DNA of 64,000 nucleotides, from contig OZ320318.1 in the NCBI GenBank assembly GCA_976226885.1, positions 67,766,001 to 67,830,000 of the forward strand. Direction: 5' to 3'. Source of the stretch: Iphione sp. A-MEVVRFRX5 (taxonomy: Eukaryota). The notes under the pieces are model-generated. The model was not told the DNA's origin. It made no database searches and was given only the letters and a program-made list of their open reading frames with translations. Position 1 is the first letter of the stretch; every line of letters begins with the position of its first letter. Both the position numbers and the translations under genes were made by a program. This document shows, piece by piece, positions 1-12,998 of the stretch.

Positions 1-1684
1 TCCCTTATCCATCCAGTGATAAACATGTACACGCATCTATTCGTTTAAGGTGAGATTTACCAAATGGGGTCATAAGAATAACAAAAAACGGGTAAGGGCA
101 AGGACCAAGTGCTTGAGTTTAATACAAAAGGGCCGCTGGATTAGTTTAGGAAAAATCTATGTACAGAGGGAGGAGTCCTGGGAGTTTAAGGGATATTGTT
201 AATTTTCTCCATCAATTTCCCCCCACCAACCTTTACACTCCCCCTTATAATTCACGCTAACTGTATTGATCTTGGTAATGACCAACATGGGTTGACAGCT
301 GAGGACGCGTCCCACATTACTGAATTGATGGCCAGAGTGTCAGCCACACAGCTACAGCGTACTCTTCTTGTGCCTTTTCTGGTGTCATAATGAAATTTCA
401 ACCAGTGAAAATGCTTCACAGTAAGAAAGCTGTGCAAAAAATCACATTGTAGCATATTTTTAACCGCTCAACGAAAGCCGAACTGGACAGAACCTCACTT
501 TCAACTTTGCTGCTGATGAGATTACATACGTTATACCATGACAAATAGCGAGGCGCTCCATGCTGCACAGATTGAGAACCAAGCCCAGTTGATGGCCTTC
601 TTTTGGGAAAATGGCTGACCACAACTATAAAGCCGGACAGCTCATTGTCCATTTCAATGTGAATCGGAGGTGAGTCAGGCGGCGACTTATTTGCATGCAT
701 ATTGGTCGGGGGATCTCACAGTTGCTCACCGTTCGAGCTTTAGGAATTGCTCATACCGGGCCAAACACGGTACTTAAACTTTTGGTGCGAAATCTGCCAA
801 CGCGCCTCATGAAATCAAAATATTGATCTTTTGGCCAATGGCTGCCAGGAAATTAAGTTTCCTGAATGGTATGCGCAACCGATAAGAGATTAAATGCATA
901 AATGCATTTTGTTCTGGAATAATGAATGGCTCACCTACGGTCGGCATCGGCAGCATGTGCTCTGATAAGCGCGTGTGAAAATTTAAAAGCCTTCAATCCA
1001 AATAACACATGCAAAAAGTCTAGGATTTTATTTGATCATTTTGTCCACGTCATGATTTTAAAAATAGCCGTATCATATTCTAATTTCAACATTGTATCTA
1101 CCAGGATATTTGTACCTGGGATGTTCATTCCATTGACATTTTAAAAACTGGACAAAGGAAATGCAAGACATTATGATGGTACTCTTGTCATCAAATGTTG
1201 AATTGGGATGCGGTAATGGATCAGTTAATAAACAATTATGATACTTGATATAAATTTGAAATTACGATCGGACAATCAAAGCCACAGGAGCTTGACATAA
1301 AATAGGGAATAGTTTTATTATATTCGCCAGCAGAAGCGATGACAACGAGAGGAAAATAAAAAAAGGTTAAGAAATGTGGGAATAATGCGATAAAATTAAT
1401 CTGTATAAAGTCCTTCAATGGTTTGTCGAACCTATGACCTAAAGTATTTTACTGAACATCTATGTACCAAGACTACATGTGAATAATGAAGAACGAGGAT
1501 GGAGAATATAAGCTAAGAAGGACGAATTCGAAGCATAAATACAACGTGTATTAGCAGAGCAGAAGCCGCCACCCCTTGAACTATGAACTAGTCATATACA
1601 TAGGTTTACAAATTATACACAGAGGGAAATACACAAAATGACACGGTGATAAGTCATGTATGGCACATAGTTAATCGTACATAA

Positions 1685-3050
1685 GGCCAAACAATAGGTG
1701 TGCTTCTGGTTACCCACTCCTAAATAGTAAAACCTCACCCTACCTAAACATTTTTGACTTAAAAGCATCCCCAAGGCTGAATTTCCTTAGAAGCATGTTT
1801 TCACAGTATGTGTTTGTGATAAATTCAGTGGATAAACAACAAAAATTACTGTAAAACTCATGGAAATTGGTTTAAAAAATCTAAGAAAATGGTTAATTTC
1901 CAGAAAAAAAAGTGAAAACCAAGTTGGCTTGAAAATGACAAAACTCATGAAATTTTTGCTGAAAAATGCTGAGATTCATTCATATTTAGCAGAAAAAGGA
2001 TTTATAAACTGCTTAACAGGTAAGAAAAAGTGAGGAAATGTGAGGAAATATCTTTTTTTGTTTACATGAAACTGCTAACAAGGCCATTTTGATCCCACTT
2101 TTCCTATACTGCTGTGCAAAACATGCATACATGGCTATAAAAAATGGAAAACTTTCCAATCCAAAAACATGCCAGCATGTTCATTAAAACATGCTACATG
2201 TATTGTATACACTACACAGTACATGTATGAGGGAACAGTTCTGGAAGGATCCATAATTCCCTAAAATACACACCATAATGGCCATGAAAACACACATGTA
2301 AGGAATTTCACAATTTAGGTAAGAAACAGAAGAGGAGGGTAATACACAAGGCCAATACAAAAAAGACTTTAAATCTAAAAATTTAATCAATCAATGTGAA
2401 TTATTTACATAGTGTTTTTTTAACCTATTTTAGAGAGATGGCCTTGAAGACCCCTTTGAAAACCCATGTAATGATTCTTCCATTGGCTGACATGATATTT
2501 ATTACTGTTGTGCTGGCTCAAATGCAGAAAGGAACACATCTTTTTTGCAGAAATGGTAGTCTGTGTACCCAAGTAAGGCATTTAGTGATAGAACTGACCC
2601 ATTCAAGGCCATATGGTCTTTAGTATTGTTGAAAACCAGAGGAAGAAAGCAGGCCTGTAGCCAAGGGGGTATCAGGCATATCATCCGATATCCCCTAGAA
2701 GGCTCATGAGTTCCACCTTGCAAAAGAAATGCTCCACAAGACTGGAAAAACTGTGAATTTCATGCAAATTTGACAGAAAAACATCAAACTTGGTGAACAT
2801 GTGTGAGGAAAAGTGAGTTTTTTTGCTTGAAACATAGCTAACATAGGTGTAATGCATGTGGAGTACCACCTGTCTGACCAGGAGTTCCACCTTTCTAAAC
2901 ACAAATTCCATCACTCTAATTTCAGATACCCCCATAAAAATTCCTGGCTATGGGCCCGGGAATTAAAAAAAAATAAAAAAAGATTACCCCCTCCCTACCT
3001 AGGGTTTAGGCTGGTCGTAACCAGTAACACACACAAAAAATTTTTATGCC
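1685..3050. mobile_element. Non-autonomous TIR DNA transposon, PIF/Harbinger-like, about 1.37 kb, with TAA target duplication
   Basis: Left end GGCCAAACAATAGGTGTGCTTCTGGTTACCCACTCCTAAA and right end (reverse complement) GGCATAAAAATTTTTTGTGTGTGTTACTGGTTACGACCAGCCTAAA are degenerate inverted repeats. TAA flanks both sides (1682-1684, 3051-3053). The interior is A-rich and non-coding. Confidence 0.6.
2650..2958. mobile_element. Small hAT-like MITE nested in the preceding element
   Basis: CAGGCCTGTAGCCAAGG at the left and reverse-complement CGGGCCCATAGCCAGG at the right form imperfect TIRs. No 8-bp TSD is recognisable. Confidence 0.4.
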
Positions 3051-6000
3051 TAAGCTTTCCATCGTTCCATTTGATGACTGAGAAAATTCATACATGACAA
3101 CTCATTTCTCTTTATTATCAAAGGAAGCTTTATTCTGGAAAATAAGGTACTGCATTGACTCGAGCGACATGCAGCAAATCTAAGCAGTTCCTGTGGACAG
3201 AAGGCCCTGAAATTTAGATCCGCTAAATGGGTGTACGTCAGTTAGTTGTCACCACTAGAATAATCATATTAATTAGAGGGAAAATTCAAACTCATTGTCT
3301 AGGGCTAGTGGTTTTCAATGGACACTCAAAAGGGAAAAAAACTTATCAAACCAACAATAGAGGCAGAACCTTGCTGCATATCATTTTCCCCTACTTTACA
3401 AAAACATCCACAGAGCATGTCGCCAAAGTGTCATTCACCAACAACTATGATGAGATGAATACATTGCACTAAACCAAATTGTTCCTTTGTTTAGATCCCT
3501 ATCTATTCGGAATAACAAGAACAGTTATGGTATATGATCATAAACTATTGACAATATAATGTGCTACGCATTCCTGGAAATAATTAGTACATGTATGTAC
3601 TCATACTAATGCTCATGCAGTATACCATTATAAGGCATCTAGTGTTCATCTTTAAACAATTGGACAGGGACAGACCCCTGCAACTTGTCTATTGCATACA
3701 TATATATTATGCATCTGAAGACAAAGTAGCATTAACCCCTTTAGCAACTAGATTCTTAATCTCTTTTCCTCTTTTTTAGTTGGACAAGGACAGACACCTT
3801 GGCCATGTGTCCTCAGCATACCTACCGGCAGCAAATCCTTATTAGTAGGTACAGATTGCATCATTGTGTCAACCTCAATTCCACTACTGATGATATATCG
3901 ATCAACACCATTTTCAATCGAGACACTTCAAGCTTATTTTACAGTGTATTCTATGACCACATGTTCCAGACCATACTTTTATAAATAAAGATATTCCTTA
4001 CTGGTCTGCTCACGTCTATTTGATTTAATTAATTCTCTCTCGTAACACTCTCGGAAGACTTACCCTGCCTAATGCATGGCACTTGGTGAAACACAACCTT
4101 ACAGAGAAAATAGCATTGCCTTTTTGGTAGACTTAAGTAGACATACGAAGGAAGTCAGATGTGAGCGTATGCAAGTCCCGACCGCACACCTTTCCACTTT
4201 CTAGCAGTCATAAATGGGGAGCCCCATTTCAATTTATGGCACGCTTATGGCCTTAAATATATATAATGCTTGCATGCCTCATTTAGATATTCTCCTGATT
4301 TTGTATGTCAGACTTTTGAATTGATCCTATTTAATTTTCCCGTCAACCCGTCACCTATCAGAATTCCTAAAAGGTTGAACTCTTTTTTTTTCAATAGTGG
4401 CACTTCCAGTCCTTTAACCTAGGTCAAAAGCATGGCTTTTCCATATCACGCATACTGCATTTCGGCTGTTCATAAACATATCGGTACTATCGAGATCAAT
4501 AGAGTGGTACATAAGATGAACTGCAATTACTGTACAAATGGATAAATTCTACATGTTCTTTTTATTATAAACATCTCTGTCTAACAAAATGACGTCATGT
4601 CCGTATGTCTTAATCCAATCGCATCTTTGATGTGTCTTCTCTCGCTGATATAACCCCGTCGTGCGCATCACGAGGCTAATACACCGGGTAGTCAGAGCCA
4701 CTACATGGAAGAAGAAGCACCTCTTCCTCTTCGACCCACTGACAGGATCGGTAGCCGATGTCCCTGGCGGGGGAGCTGCTCAGGTTTCCCCGGACGAGCA
4801 GCTCATTTTCATGGTGTACAGTTCCTTGTGGTCCGGGGTTCTGTGTGTGACTGGCCGGCAGCCAAGAAACTCCCGGGCCCCCTATGCGTAGTGAGGCAAG
4901 CCTCAGCACTCCGTATCCTGGACACCTGAGGGATAGCTGGTTGTCCTGGTGAAACCCAAACGTTCGTAGTTTAATTCCGTTACATCTTCACTGTCCTACA
5001 AAACAAAAACGGCTTACTCCCTTCAGCATGCTAGTCACTCCAATCAGTAGTAAACTACAGCCAAAAATCTGGTCAAGAGCTGAGACTGTAGTTGCCAACT
5101 ACCGACTCTTGTCAAACCCCCGACCTCTCCACTCACTTGCATGTCTCCACCCCTGCTCTGAACACACAGCATATACGCACATACATACGCACACGAGATC
5201 AGTTTCTTGCCTTGATTCAGATTGTATGGGTCTGGTACCCTGTACCCACCTCGTCCCTTCTTGCGCTCGGATTACCTCTTCTCTAGGGGAGTGACAGATA
5301 TCTTGAAGGTGGGGGTGGGGGAGAAGAGGATGGCTGGCTGCCTCGGGACCTTCTTGTTCCTTCTGTCTGGAAATATGTTTACTTGTCATATTCCTCATAT
5401 CATAGCCGTGTTACTCTCACCTCTGCTTTTGCGAGGCGATCCCCGTTCCTTCATGCTCTTTGTCTCAGTCTCTCCCTCTAACATTTGGCTTAACTTCTCC
5501 CTTCGGTATGCATGTTTTTAGTTAACAGTTCCCCTCTCTTATCCTGTCTTTTCCATACTGTTTTGATATTTCTATCTATAATGAAATTGATTAATTCACA
5601 TGTTCCTTGGTATTGTAGCATATTTATTCCATCTGCATCTGTCTGCTCTCTTTTCAGCCTACTACTTTATGTGTATTTTTGTGTAGTTTCCCACATTTCA
5701 CCATTTGTTTTTAATCCTTTTCCATTCTCTGTAAATCTCTCCTACTCACCTCTCCTTACGCTGATCATGCGGGCATATTTGACACCGTTTTTCGGACGTA
5801 AACCAGATACCATTTTATTTCGCTTCTTTTCTCTTGGTTCCTGTCTTTTTTAAGTCCTAGCCCGCGTAACATGCAACGGTTTCTTGATTAAATGGCCAAC
5901 ACTAGGACACAAACATATTTATATATGTGTCTGATGCATGAGTTTACTCAATTACGTGTAAATGACCTCTGACAAGCAACGTCGTATGAAATAGATGCCC

Positions 6001-7010
6001 TAATTCTATAATGTATTTGACTTGTAGGCGACTTGTCGGTCTTTATGTATAATGCACAGTTTATGCTTCAACGAAACGTTTCCATCTGGATTATGTATGC
6101 TTTTGTTTTTTCACATAATATACGTACTCTGATATATCCAGCTTTATTTCCAAGACAACGCAGAATGGCTAAGGTGCATTTTACTCATATATGGTTTGAC
6201 TTTAACACATCACAAAGAGGCCAATCTGGGGGAAGTATTGGAAAAAAAGGAAGGACCAGCATTAATCATTCCATGTTTGGGGAAAAATGGACGCAGTGGA
6301 TAATGGGCGTGAATAGTGGGTTTCAAGTATAGATGAACTGTAGTAGACCCGATAAACAAATGGGAGATTCTTGCAAAACTGTTAAATTATGAAACACTAG
6401 ATAACACTGCTTCATCTTTGACCCAAAAGCTTCGTCCAGCATCACATTTTGTCCAATAAACGTCAATTAACAAACGATAGTAAAGCCGTCTGTATATGAA
6501 AGGGTTTATTCAGAGCTAGCAATAAAAAAGAGACGATGATAAAGGAAATTAGCAGAATCAAACTACGAAGGTACCAAAAACAATACTACGGCACACAATC
6601 TTTGTTAACGATACATTAACAGAGATGGATATTTGATCTACCTAGAAGAATAGGGTTGATACATCGGGGGCGTGCGCAACGATGCGTGCAATTCACACAT
6701 ACGCCACATCGTCGGAGACCGGAAGTCACGAACGTCATGGAGCCGGATCTAGTGCTAGCCTGACTTGATGAGAGTATTTATTCAACATGTAACCAGCTCC
6801 ACGAGCTCCCCTCCCCCACAGGAATGCCGTCGTCATCTGAGCCATGGCTGAGCAGTTGAGTGAGCGTGATATACATGTATTAGTTCGGATGATCTAGCTT
6901 GAGGAGGAGCGTATCCTCCTCGGTCATCGCATACCAATGTTCTTTCTTCACCGATGAATCTGCTGGACGCGTTCGCGATTATCAATGCTCATGTACATCC
7001 ATATATCCAT

Positions 7011-7163
7011 NNNNNNNNNNNNNNNNNNNNNNNNNNNNNNNNNNNNNNNNNNNNNNNNNNNNNNNNNNNNNNNNNNNNNNNNNNNNNNNNNNNNNNNNNN
7101 NNNNNNNNNNNNNNNNNNNNNNNNNNNNNNNNNNNNNNNNNNNNNNNNNNNNNNNNNNNNNNN
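7011..7163. other. Assembly gap (153 N)
   Basis: Run of N in the sequence. ORFs spanning it are artefacts. Confidence 0.99.
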
Positions 7164-7557
7164 TTTTTTCAATCATCTAGCTAATGGTCTGGCCGAGGCT
7201 TCCCCTTCCACTGCTTGTTCTTTTAGGTTTCTTTTCAAAAAGCAGTTCTTAATTGTCCTTTCACTATGGACATAGTGTGAACCTGTTTACATCACGCACA
7301 GTTTCTGCGGTCCTGCTATTACGCACAAAGTTGTCTATGGAAAATCTAAACCGCTACAATAAAATCTAAAGACACTAATCGGAATTGTGTGCAGAAGAAA
7401 ACAATGAGGCCCCCCCTACGGGGAGGCTGCACTCATAGTGCCATTTAACAGAGGTCGGAAGTAAAGGTCATGCCATGTCCCCAGGAAATCTTCTTCCTCA
7501 AAGGAGTAGGACCTAAACGGCGGTCGTGTTAGCGACGTGAAATGAACGTGCGACTTT

Positions 7558-7681
7558 CCCACCTGGTGGCCAGCGTCAGCCAGCCGTGTCCACCTTATCC
7601 TTGCTTCGCGGGGGGTCACCTTGTTCCGGGCGCGCCTTCCAATTAGCGCCCTCTGTCGGCGCCCGTGGCGCTACCTGGCGG
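7558..7681 (-). promoter_or_regulatory. Cluster of three co-oriented CTCF-like motifs
   Basis: Minus-strand TGGCCACCAGGTGGG (7558-7572), CCGACAGAGGGCGCT (7645-7659) and CCGCCAGGTAGCGC (7668-7681) resemble the CCACCAG(G/A)(G/T)GGC(G/A)C consensus, within a CpG-rich patch. Confidence 0.5.
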
Positions 7682-9177
7682 CGATGGGAGGAACATACAT
7701 GGGGCACCATTGGTGGGAGAGCGAATGATTGGCTAGAATGATGTGTGGGTTGTGGCAAGAGATGGAGATTTTGAGGTGGGCTTGGAGGAGATGGTTGGGA
7801 AGCAGAATGAATGGAAGGGGTGAAGGCTCAGTGGGAGAGGGCAGGCGAGAGCAGTTTTTAAACGCAATCTGGGCATTATTATGTGTGTCGGTTCATGGGA
7901 AATGACCGTCATGGTTGTTGATGGACGTGAAAGTCTTGGTGGGTGGCTGGGAAGAAATAAGACCAAAGACGTCCCAAATGGGTATGTAGCTGAAGTCAAT
8001 ATCAGTACATGTATTTCTTTTTATTGGGGGAAAACTCCGCATACCTAGTCAGCTGGCTCTGTTGGTTGAGTGTGTAAGCTCTGATTTAAGTGAATAGTAT
8101 GACAGACTTAGTATGCTGGGCGTTACTTCCAAAGTCGTGGAAAGAAACTGATATTCTGGTTCAGGTACGGGAAGTGGCGTCTGCTAGCATTCCAGCAGCA
8201 TGAGTCAAAAAACAAAAGGCAAGCTCATTCGATGACAAGTCTATTTTACTTTACACATTCCCTACAAAATGATGTCACTGCTTTCTAACTGAACTGATTC
8301 GTGTGATACACCCCTACCACTGGGTGGTCTGTATCAAGCTTGCGCTTGGTTGACCACCAGCTTTGGCCGGCGGGTACAAGCATTTGTCCTTTGATCGACT
8401 GCACAGAACTAAACAACGTGGCAGCAAGGCGTCAGGTTTATCACATCAAGTGTAAACGGCAACCACGGAGGGGGGTCGAACCATGGACTTAATTTGCACT
8501 CCGTCTTTGATGTCAAATTGTTCGTTTCATTGGCAAGCTTACTCCAAATGTTATCGTTATTTCTTGTGGGATTCACACATCATCGTAACGTTAGTGTTAT
8601 TAAAACGAATCCGAAAATTTCAATCCAGGAACGGGGCTACTGGATCATTAATCACCCAGAAAGATTTCTCGTGAAAAGAAGCATGATAATGACATGCATG
8701 CATCAGTTGATTTTATTGTAGACCCGTTTGTGATGACACAGAGAGAAACATCGCAACCAAGATGAGCAAAAACCTCAGTCTTTCATATATGAGGTAATGA
8801 ACAAAACAATAATATGTGTACAGTTATTGTATACAGGCCCCAAGTCTAGAATGTGTAGACGTCGAAAGCAATGGGTAACATCTTAATTAACTTGTTATTT
8901 GCCTCTTGGTAAATATAATAAAACCATTTTCATGATAAGAAGTAAGCGCGGCCATTTGTGCAAGACAAAAGGACTGGTTGATGAATTTATTGATCACAAA
9001 ATTAATCAAGGTGTCCGCGTAATTAAGTGACCTAGTTGGACAGATCAATATAGCGTTTTTCCATTTTCTCTGCCCTTTAATCTTTTAGTCGGTTTCTGAT
9101 GTGAGCCCATGATAATCTTCATGTTCGTACGTCAGCGTGTCGGTTGTGTGGTTCCGTGACTCTTTGTTCACACTTAC

Positions 9178-9512
9178 ATTCTGCCGTGCACACGTTCTCT
9201 CCCAAAACACCGATCTTTCAGACTTATTGGCCCCGCCAGTGTAGTCTTTCTGCGTACGGTCAAAATGGGCATGACTGCCTTTGGGTTTTGCAAGCTTGAC
9301 TCCTTCGTCATAAAGGACGGTAAATTGTCGCCACGTGGTGAAACCGACAGGCTCGACAGATCGGAGTCTCTCAGTGGCAACAACCTCTCATCATTTATGC
9401 GTTTTGTGTAAGTGATCGAATTACCGTGAAGAACGCCAATGCCATGATATAAAATAGCCACGCATCTAAGGCAACCATCACAAAGATGTCCGAACTCAAC
9501 CCTGCCTGCCAT
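9178..9512 (-). CDS. Candidate first coding exon of an unidentified gene (111 codons + 2 nt, MAGRVEFGHLCDGCLRC...RERVHGR)
   Basis: ATG in gaaATGG context. The frame is open exactly to an AAT|GTAAGTG donor (intron starts 9177) and lies downstream of a promoter-like motif cluster. No family recognised and no matching downstream exon found, so it could be a non-coding first exon. Confidence 0.35.
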
Positions 9513-9949
9513 TTCTGTCTGGCATCTTTTACACTAACCGCTAGTACGACTTTATTGCCGTAGCTAGCATCAACCAATGGGTAGACTTCAAAAAGAACCC
9601 GGGTAAAGCCTTTGGAATGGATGGAATAGAGCAACATTTCGTTCATCATAGTTTTACTTTCCTGTGTACATTTTCTACGGATGTGTACACCGTCAGTGAC
9701 TCTCTCTATTCCCTTACGCGACCCTGACCTCCTGTGCGCTTGCCGAAGCTGACCTTCTTCGTGCTGTTCGCCGACCTTTGGTCCAATGTACATCTTTTCG
9801 AGGCAGCGCAGTCGCTCGTCCGTCAGATTGCCTACATTGGTCTCATGGGTTCAAGCCTACCTCCAGATCAGTTCTTGGCGATACCTATTATCTCGCAGTC
9901 CGCAATGCGTGCACACGGGTCTATCATCGATCACTTATGGGTCAGCTCG

Positions 9950-10022
9950 GCCCACGTGACCCGGCTCGGGTCGCCACCTCTCGACGCGTGGGCATGCGCA
10001 GTTCTGAAAAGACACTTCCGAC
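9950..10022 (-). promoter_or_regulatory. Housekeeping-type promoter motif cluster (USF/E-box, NRF1-like, ETS)
   Basis: GTCACGTGG (9952-9960), TGCGCATGC (9992-10000) and CGGAAGTG (10013-10020) on the minus strand, in a CpG-rich stretch. Confidence 0.5.
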
Positions 10023-12911
10023 CGAAGTTGCGATCAACCATGTACGTTTTCCTATTTTCCGCCTGTTACATAAACACAATTGCAGTGGTTCGAAGCACGG
10101 GCATGTATTTCCCAGGCCTCACGTAACCTATTGATAATCATGAAGGGACGTGCTGTAGAGAATCGGGCAGAAAATCTGCGAGTAAAACCACAGCACCATT
10201 CGCAAAACAATATATATATATTTATATGTATATATAGCGACCGGGCTAGGGATTCATGATGGAGGTTAGAATTCTATTCTGAGAAGGGGGAGCTCTCAGT
10301 TTATAACAGACGTACTGGTTCTACCTGTACAGCTATGCTTTAAAGGATTTAGTTCTCAGCCCCAGACTATAGGCTATAGGCCCTTAGCCTCACGGAGTTT
10401 CTTTCTGGGGAAGAGTGACTTTTCAATGGGGGCTGGTGTTACATTATAGGCGATTTGACATGGAGATTGTACATCCGAACACCCAGGAATAAGTTACACC
10501 AGCAGCACCAGTGGGATGGACATGGCGTGCAACATGTATCTTCTTATACAAGTTGACGTGTGCAGAGTAGGAGTCTGGTCTCTGTGACATATCAACGCAC
10601 CGATTCAATTCAGGTATACATGTACTTAACTTTGAGTGGCGTCCAGTTGGGTTTCAAAATTCTCCGCCTGACAACGGTTTTCGAGGAAGATCCCCATTTA
10701 AGGATATCTTCTTTTCATGTCATCTGAAGCAATCGTTATTTTGATTCACGCGTTCTAATTTTACAGTTAATATTGCACTGAAACACCAAGGGACCGTTTT
10801 CATCTCGTCGGAAAGGTAATATGCGACGGGCGATGAAAAAGTCCCCCTGATTATTGAGATGCAGACTGCGGCAGCAGCGAGCAAAAGAAATTGGTAGCAT
10901 TTGGAAAAGGTATGGAAAATAACTTAAGTCTAAGGAGCAAAACGGACAAAAGTTAAGAAACTATGAGAACAAGAATTATAAGTGTTGCTAGGTACATGGC
11001 ATATCGAAGTTGGTCTGGATGGAATGGGCTGCTCCAGTTTTATTATGTCAGTCATCGGGGCTGATATAAAAATTCTTTAGGCCATCGCTAAGGGTAGTAT
11101 CTCTACCACACACCAGTGATGGTATATGTGTACACGGTGCAGGCTAATTCATCACCCTCAGCACTCATTTATTTATACTTGGCGCTTGAACTCTTGGGCA
11201 CACAAACCATCTGGTGACGCCCGGCGCCCGGGGCGCTGCCTAATGATGCCCATAGATGCCCGGCGATAAGGCTTGTTTTACTGTACCAGCTGACCCACCC
11301 AGCTTCGACCTGCGCTCCGCCAGTCTTCCACACACCTATACACTTCTTGCTTCTCTCTCCTGATGCCTTCCCGGGCATGTTCTATACTGATACATCACAC
11401 CAATGACAAAGTCGGGTCTAAAGCGATATCATTCGGTCGGAGAATGTGTTTTAGGTATATCACCACCAACTTTGTTCTGTCTCGCTCAATGTCATCTATT
11501 GGATCCATCTGGGATCCATTCTGCCACTCTGGATCTCTTCCAGAGTTCCTTCCATCTATCCAACACGTTCTTAGTCTCTCCGCCCGTATATCCTACCCGT
11601 TCGTCTCTGTCCCTTTGTTTCGAAGTTGATACGTCCCACCTTCCACCCTTTCTCCATCTGTGTTTCCCACGAAATATCTCCGCTTACCCAGTCGGTCTCG
11701 TTCTATTACGAATCGCGTGGAGGTCCATGTAAGCTGTTCCTTTACGTGCGTCGCGTCGCCTTTTGCCTGCCTCTATGTTTTCCTTCTCCACCTGTTTCCA
11801 GTATCCACGGTTTATGGAGCTACTGGAGCCATAGCTACCACGCTTGGTTACGTGCCAAAGCCAAAGTTATCATTCTTTAAACGAATCATTTTATGAGCAT
11901 TCCAGAACGGTACAGCAATTTAATATCACATTAGGAATGGTTATCATCATGGTTTTTATGTTTTTTGGTTCAAATGCCAATTTGAACTTCCTTTGTACAG
12001 CTGTTTGTATTCAGTCTTATCATTGTTACCATCTATGCTGCATTCTCTTAGCCACAAGTGTTCCATTTCTCAAAGAGTGTGCCTGGAGCATTAACCAGTG
12101 AAAGGTGGTGCAGGGATCATGCATGATCTGAAGTTAGGTGCCTCAGTTTATTTGCGCTTTCCAAATAATCTACCTTTGCCAGATTTCTTGCGGCCTTCAC
12201 CGTCAACAAATAAACTGCACATCCTTTGGATCCTTGATATGAGCGCTACATTTCAGTCTGGATTCAGTTCCCCCTGCGGGCATCGAAGGGAAAAAGTGCA
12301 AGAGGGGAAGTAGGGTTGTATAAAAGAGCTGAATGAAAGTAAGTCGAAGGTAAAGAAGGTAGAAATGTAAACAACCACCATATTTTGGCTGCTCCCATGA
12401 CCAGCTTTCCAGTCTTAGTGACAAACAGACAGCGGCAGTCAGAAGACCCACGGAAACTATGGTAAACACGTTCTGGCTACAGATGTTTATAATTGTTATA
12501 GTTTCCAGCGCCAGCTGCAATGGGTAACCACATCAAAAGAACAATCCATGACTGCTGACTACCTTATGCATACCACGCGTCGTATTGATGTATACAGTGT
12601 ATATCTAGGCTTTGCGGACTTTCGGTTCACCAATGATCTGCCACAATTAGCTGAAGATATGAGAATAGATTAGTCTGGGACAGGTAATTCCCTATTACGT
12701 CCATCATGTTCAGAATTACACCTGTCCTTCTAAAACAGAACATAAAGCCGAGAGCTGAGAGATAGGGGGTGAGATGTATCCAAAGGTATAAAAATACATC
12801 GTCAGTAACATTCCACTCCAATATCTGACTACTCTCGTCTGATAGTAATATATACTCTCCCAACATTGTAAATATGTTCGTGAGTGAAACCGCATAACCC
12901 TCCAATACCTC

Positions 12912-12998
12912 GGGGAGGGGCGGGGGGAGTGCGCTGCCATTTTGCTTGCAAGGTGGCCCTGTCATCAGGGTAACGGCGTCTGTCATTACCATGGCAAC
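12912..12998. promoter_or_regulatory. GC-box, YY1-like and RFX X-box motif cluster
   Basis: GGGGAGGGGCGGGGGGA (12912-12928), GCCATTTT (12936-12943) and ATTACCATGGCAAC (12985-12998; X-box consensus GTTGCCATGGCAAC). Confidence 0.4.

Noticed and set aside
250-660. Possible hAT-like transposase C-terminal fossil (PCC..EPS...LL)
   Set aside because: Needs several frameshifts and stops, and similarity is too weak without a search.
3100-4400. Possible L1/Tx1 RT fossil (GDGLTG and QG..P-like words on the minus strand)
   Set aside because: Spacing is wrong, and the intervening RPISL and KAFD motifs are not recoverable.
6846-7010. ATGGCTGAG... frame resembling a Harbinger transposase N-terminus
   Set aside because: Two stops within 40 codons, truncated by the gap, and no catalytic motifs.
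6899-7275. ORFs spanning the N run
   Set aside because: Artefacts of the assembly gap.
9734-10126. Plus-strand ORF containing GSIIDHLWVS, resembling the end of an AP endonuclease (LINE/Helentron)
   Set aside because: No SDH motif downstream and no GDFN upstream. The region is better explained as a minus-strand CpG promoter.
11430-11870. Long purine-rich minus-strand frame including VLDRWKELW (RTE-like)
   Set aside because: Openness is explained by low T content, and only one weak motif is present.
12203-12992. Two minus-strand ORFs of 105 and 121 aa
   Set aside because: No recognisable family or splice structure. Consistent with chance or an unrecognised decayed element.
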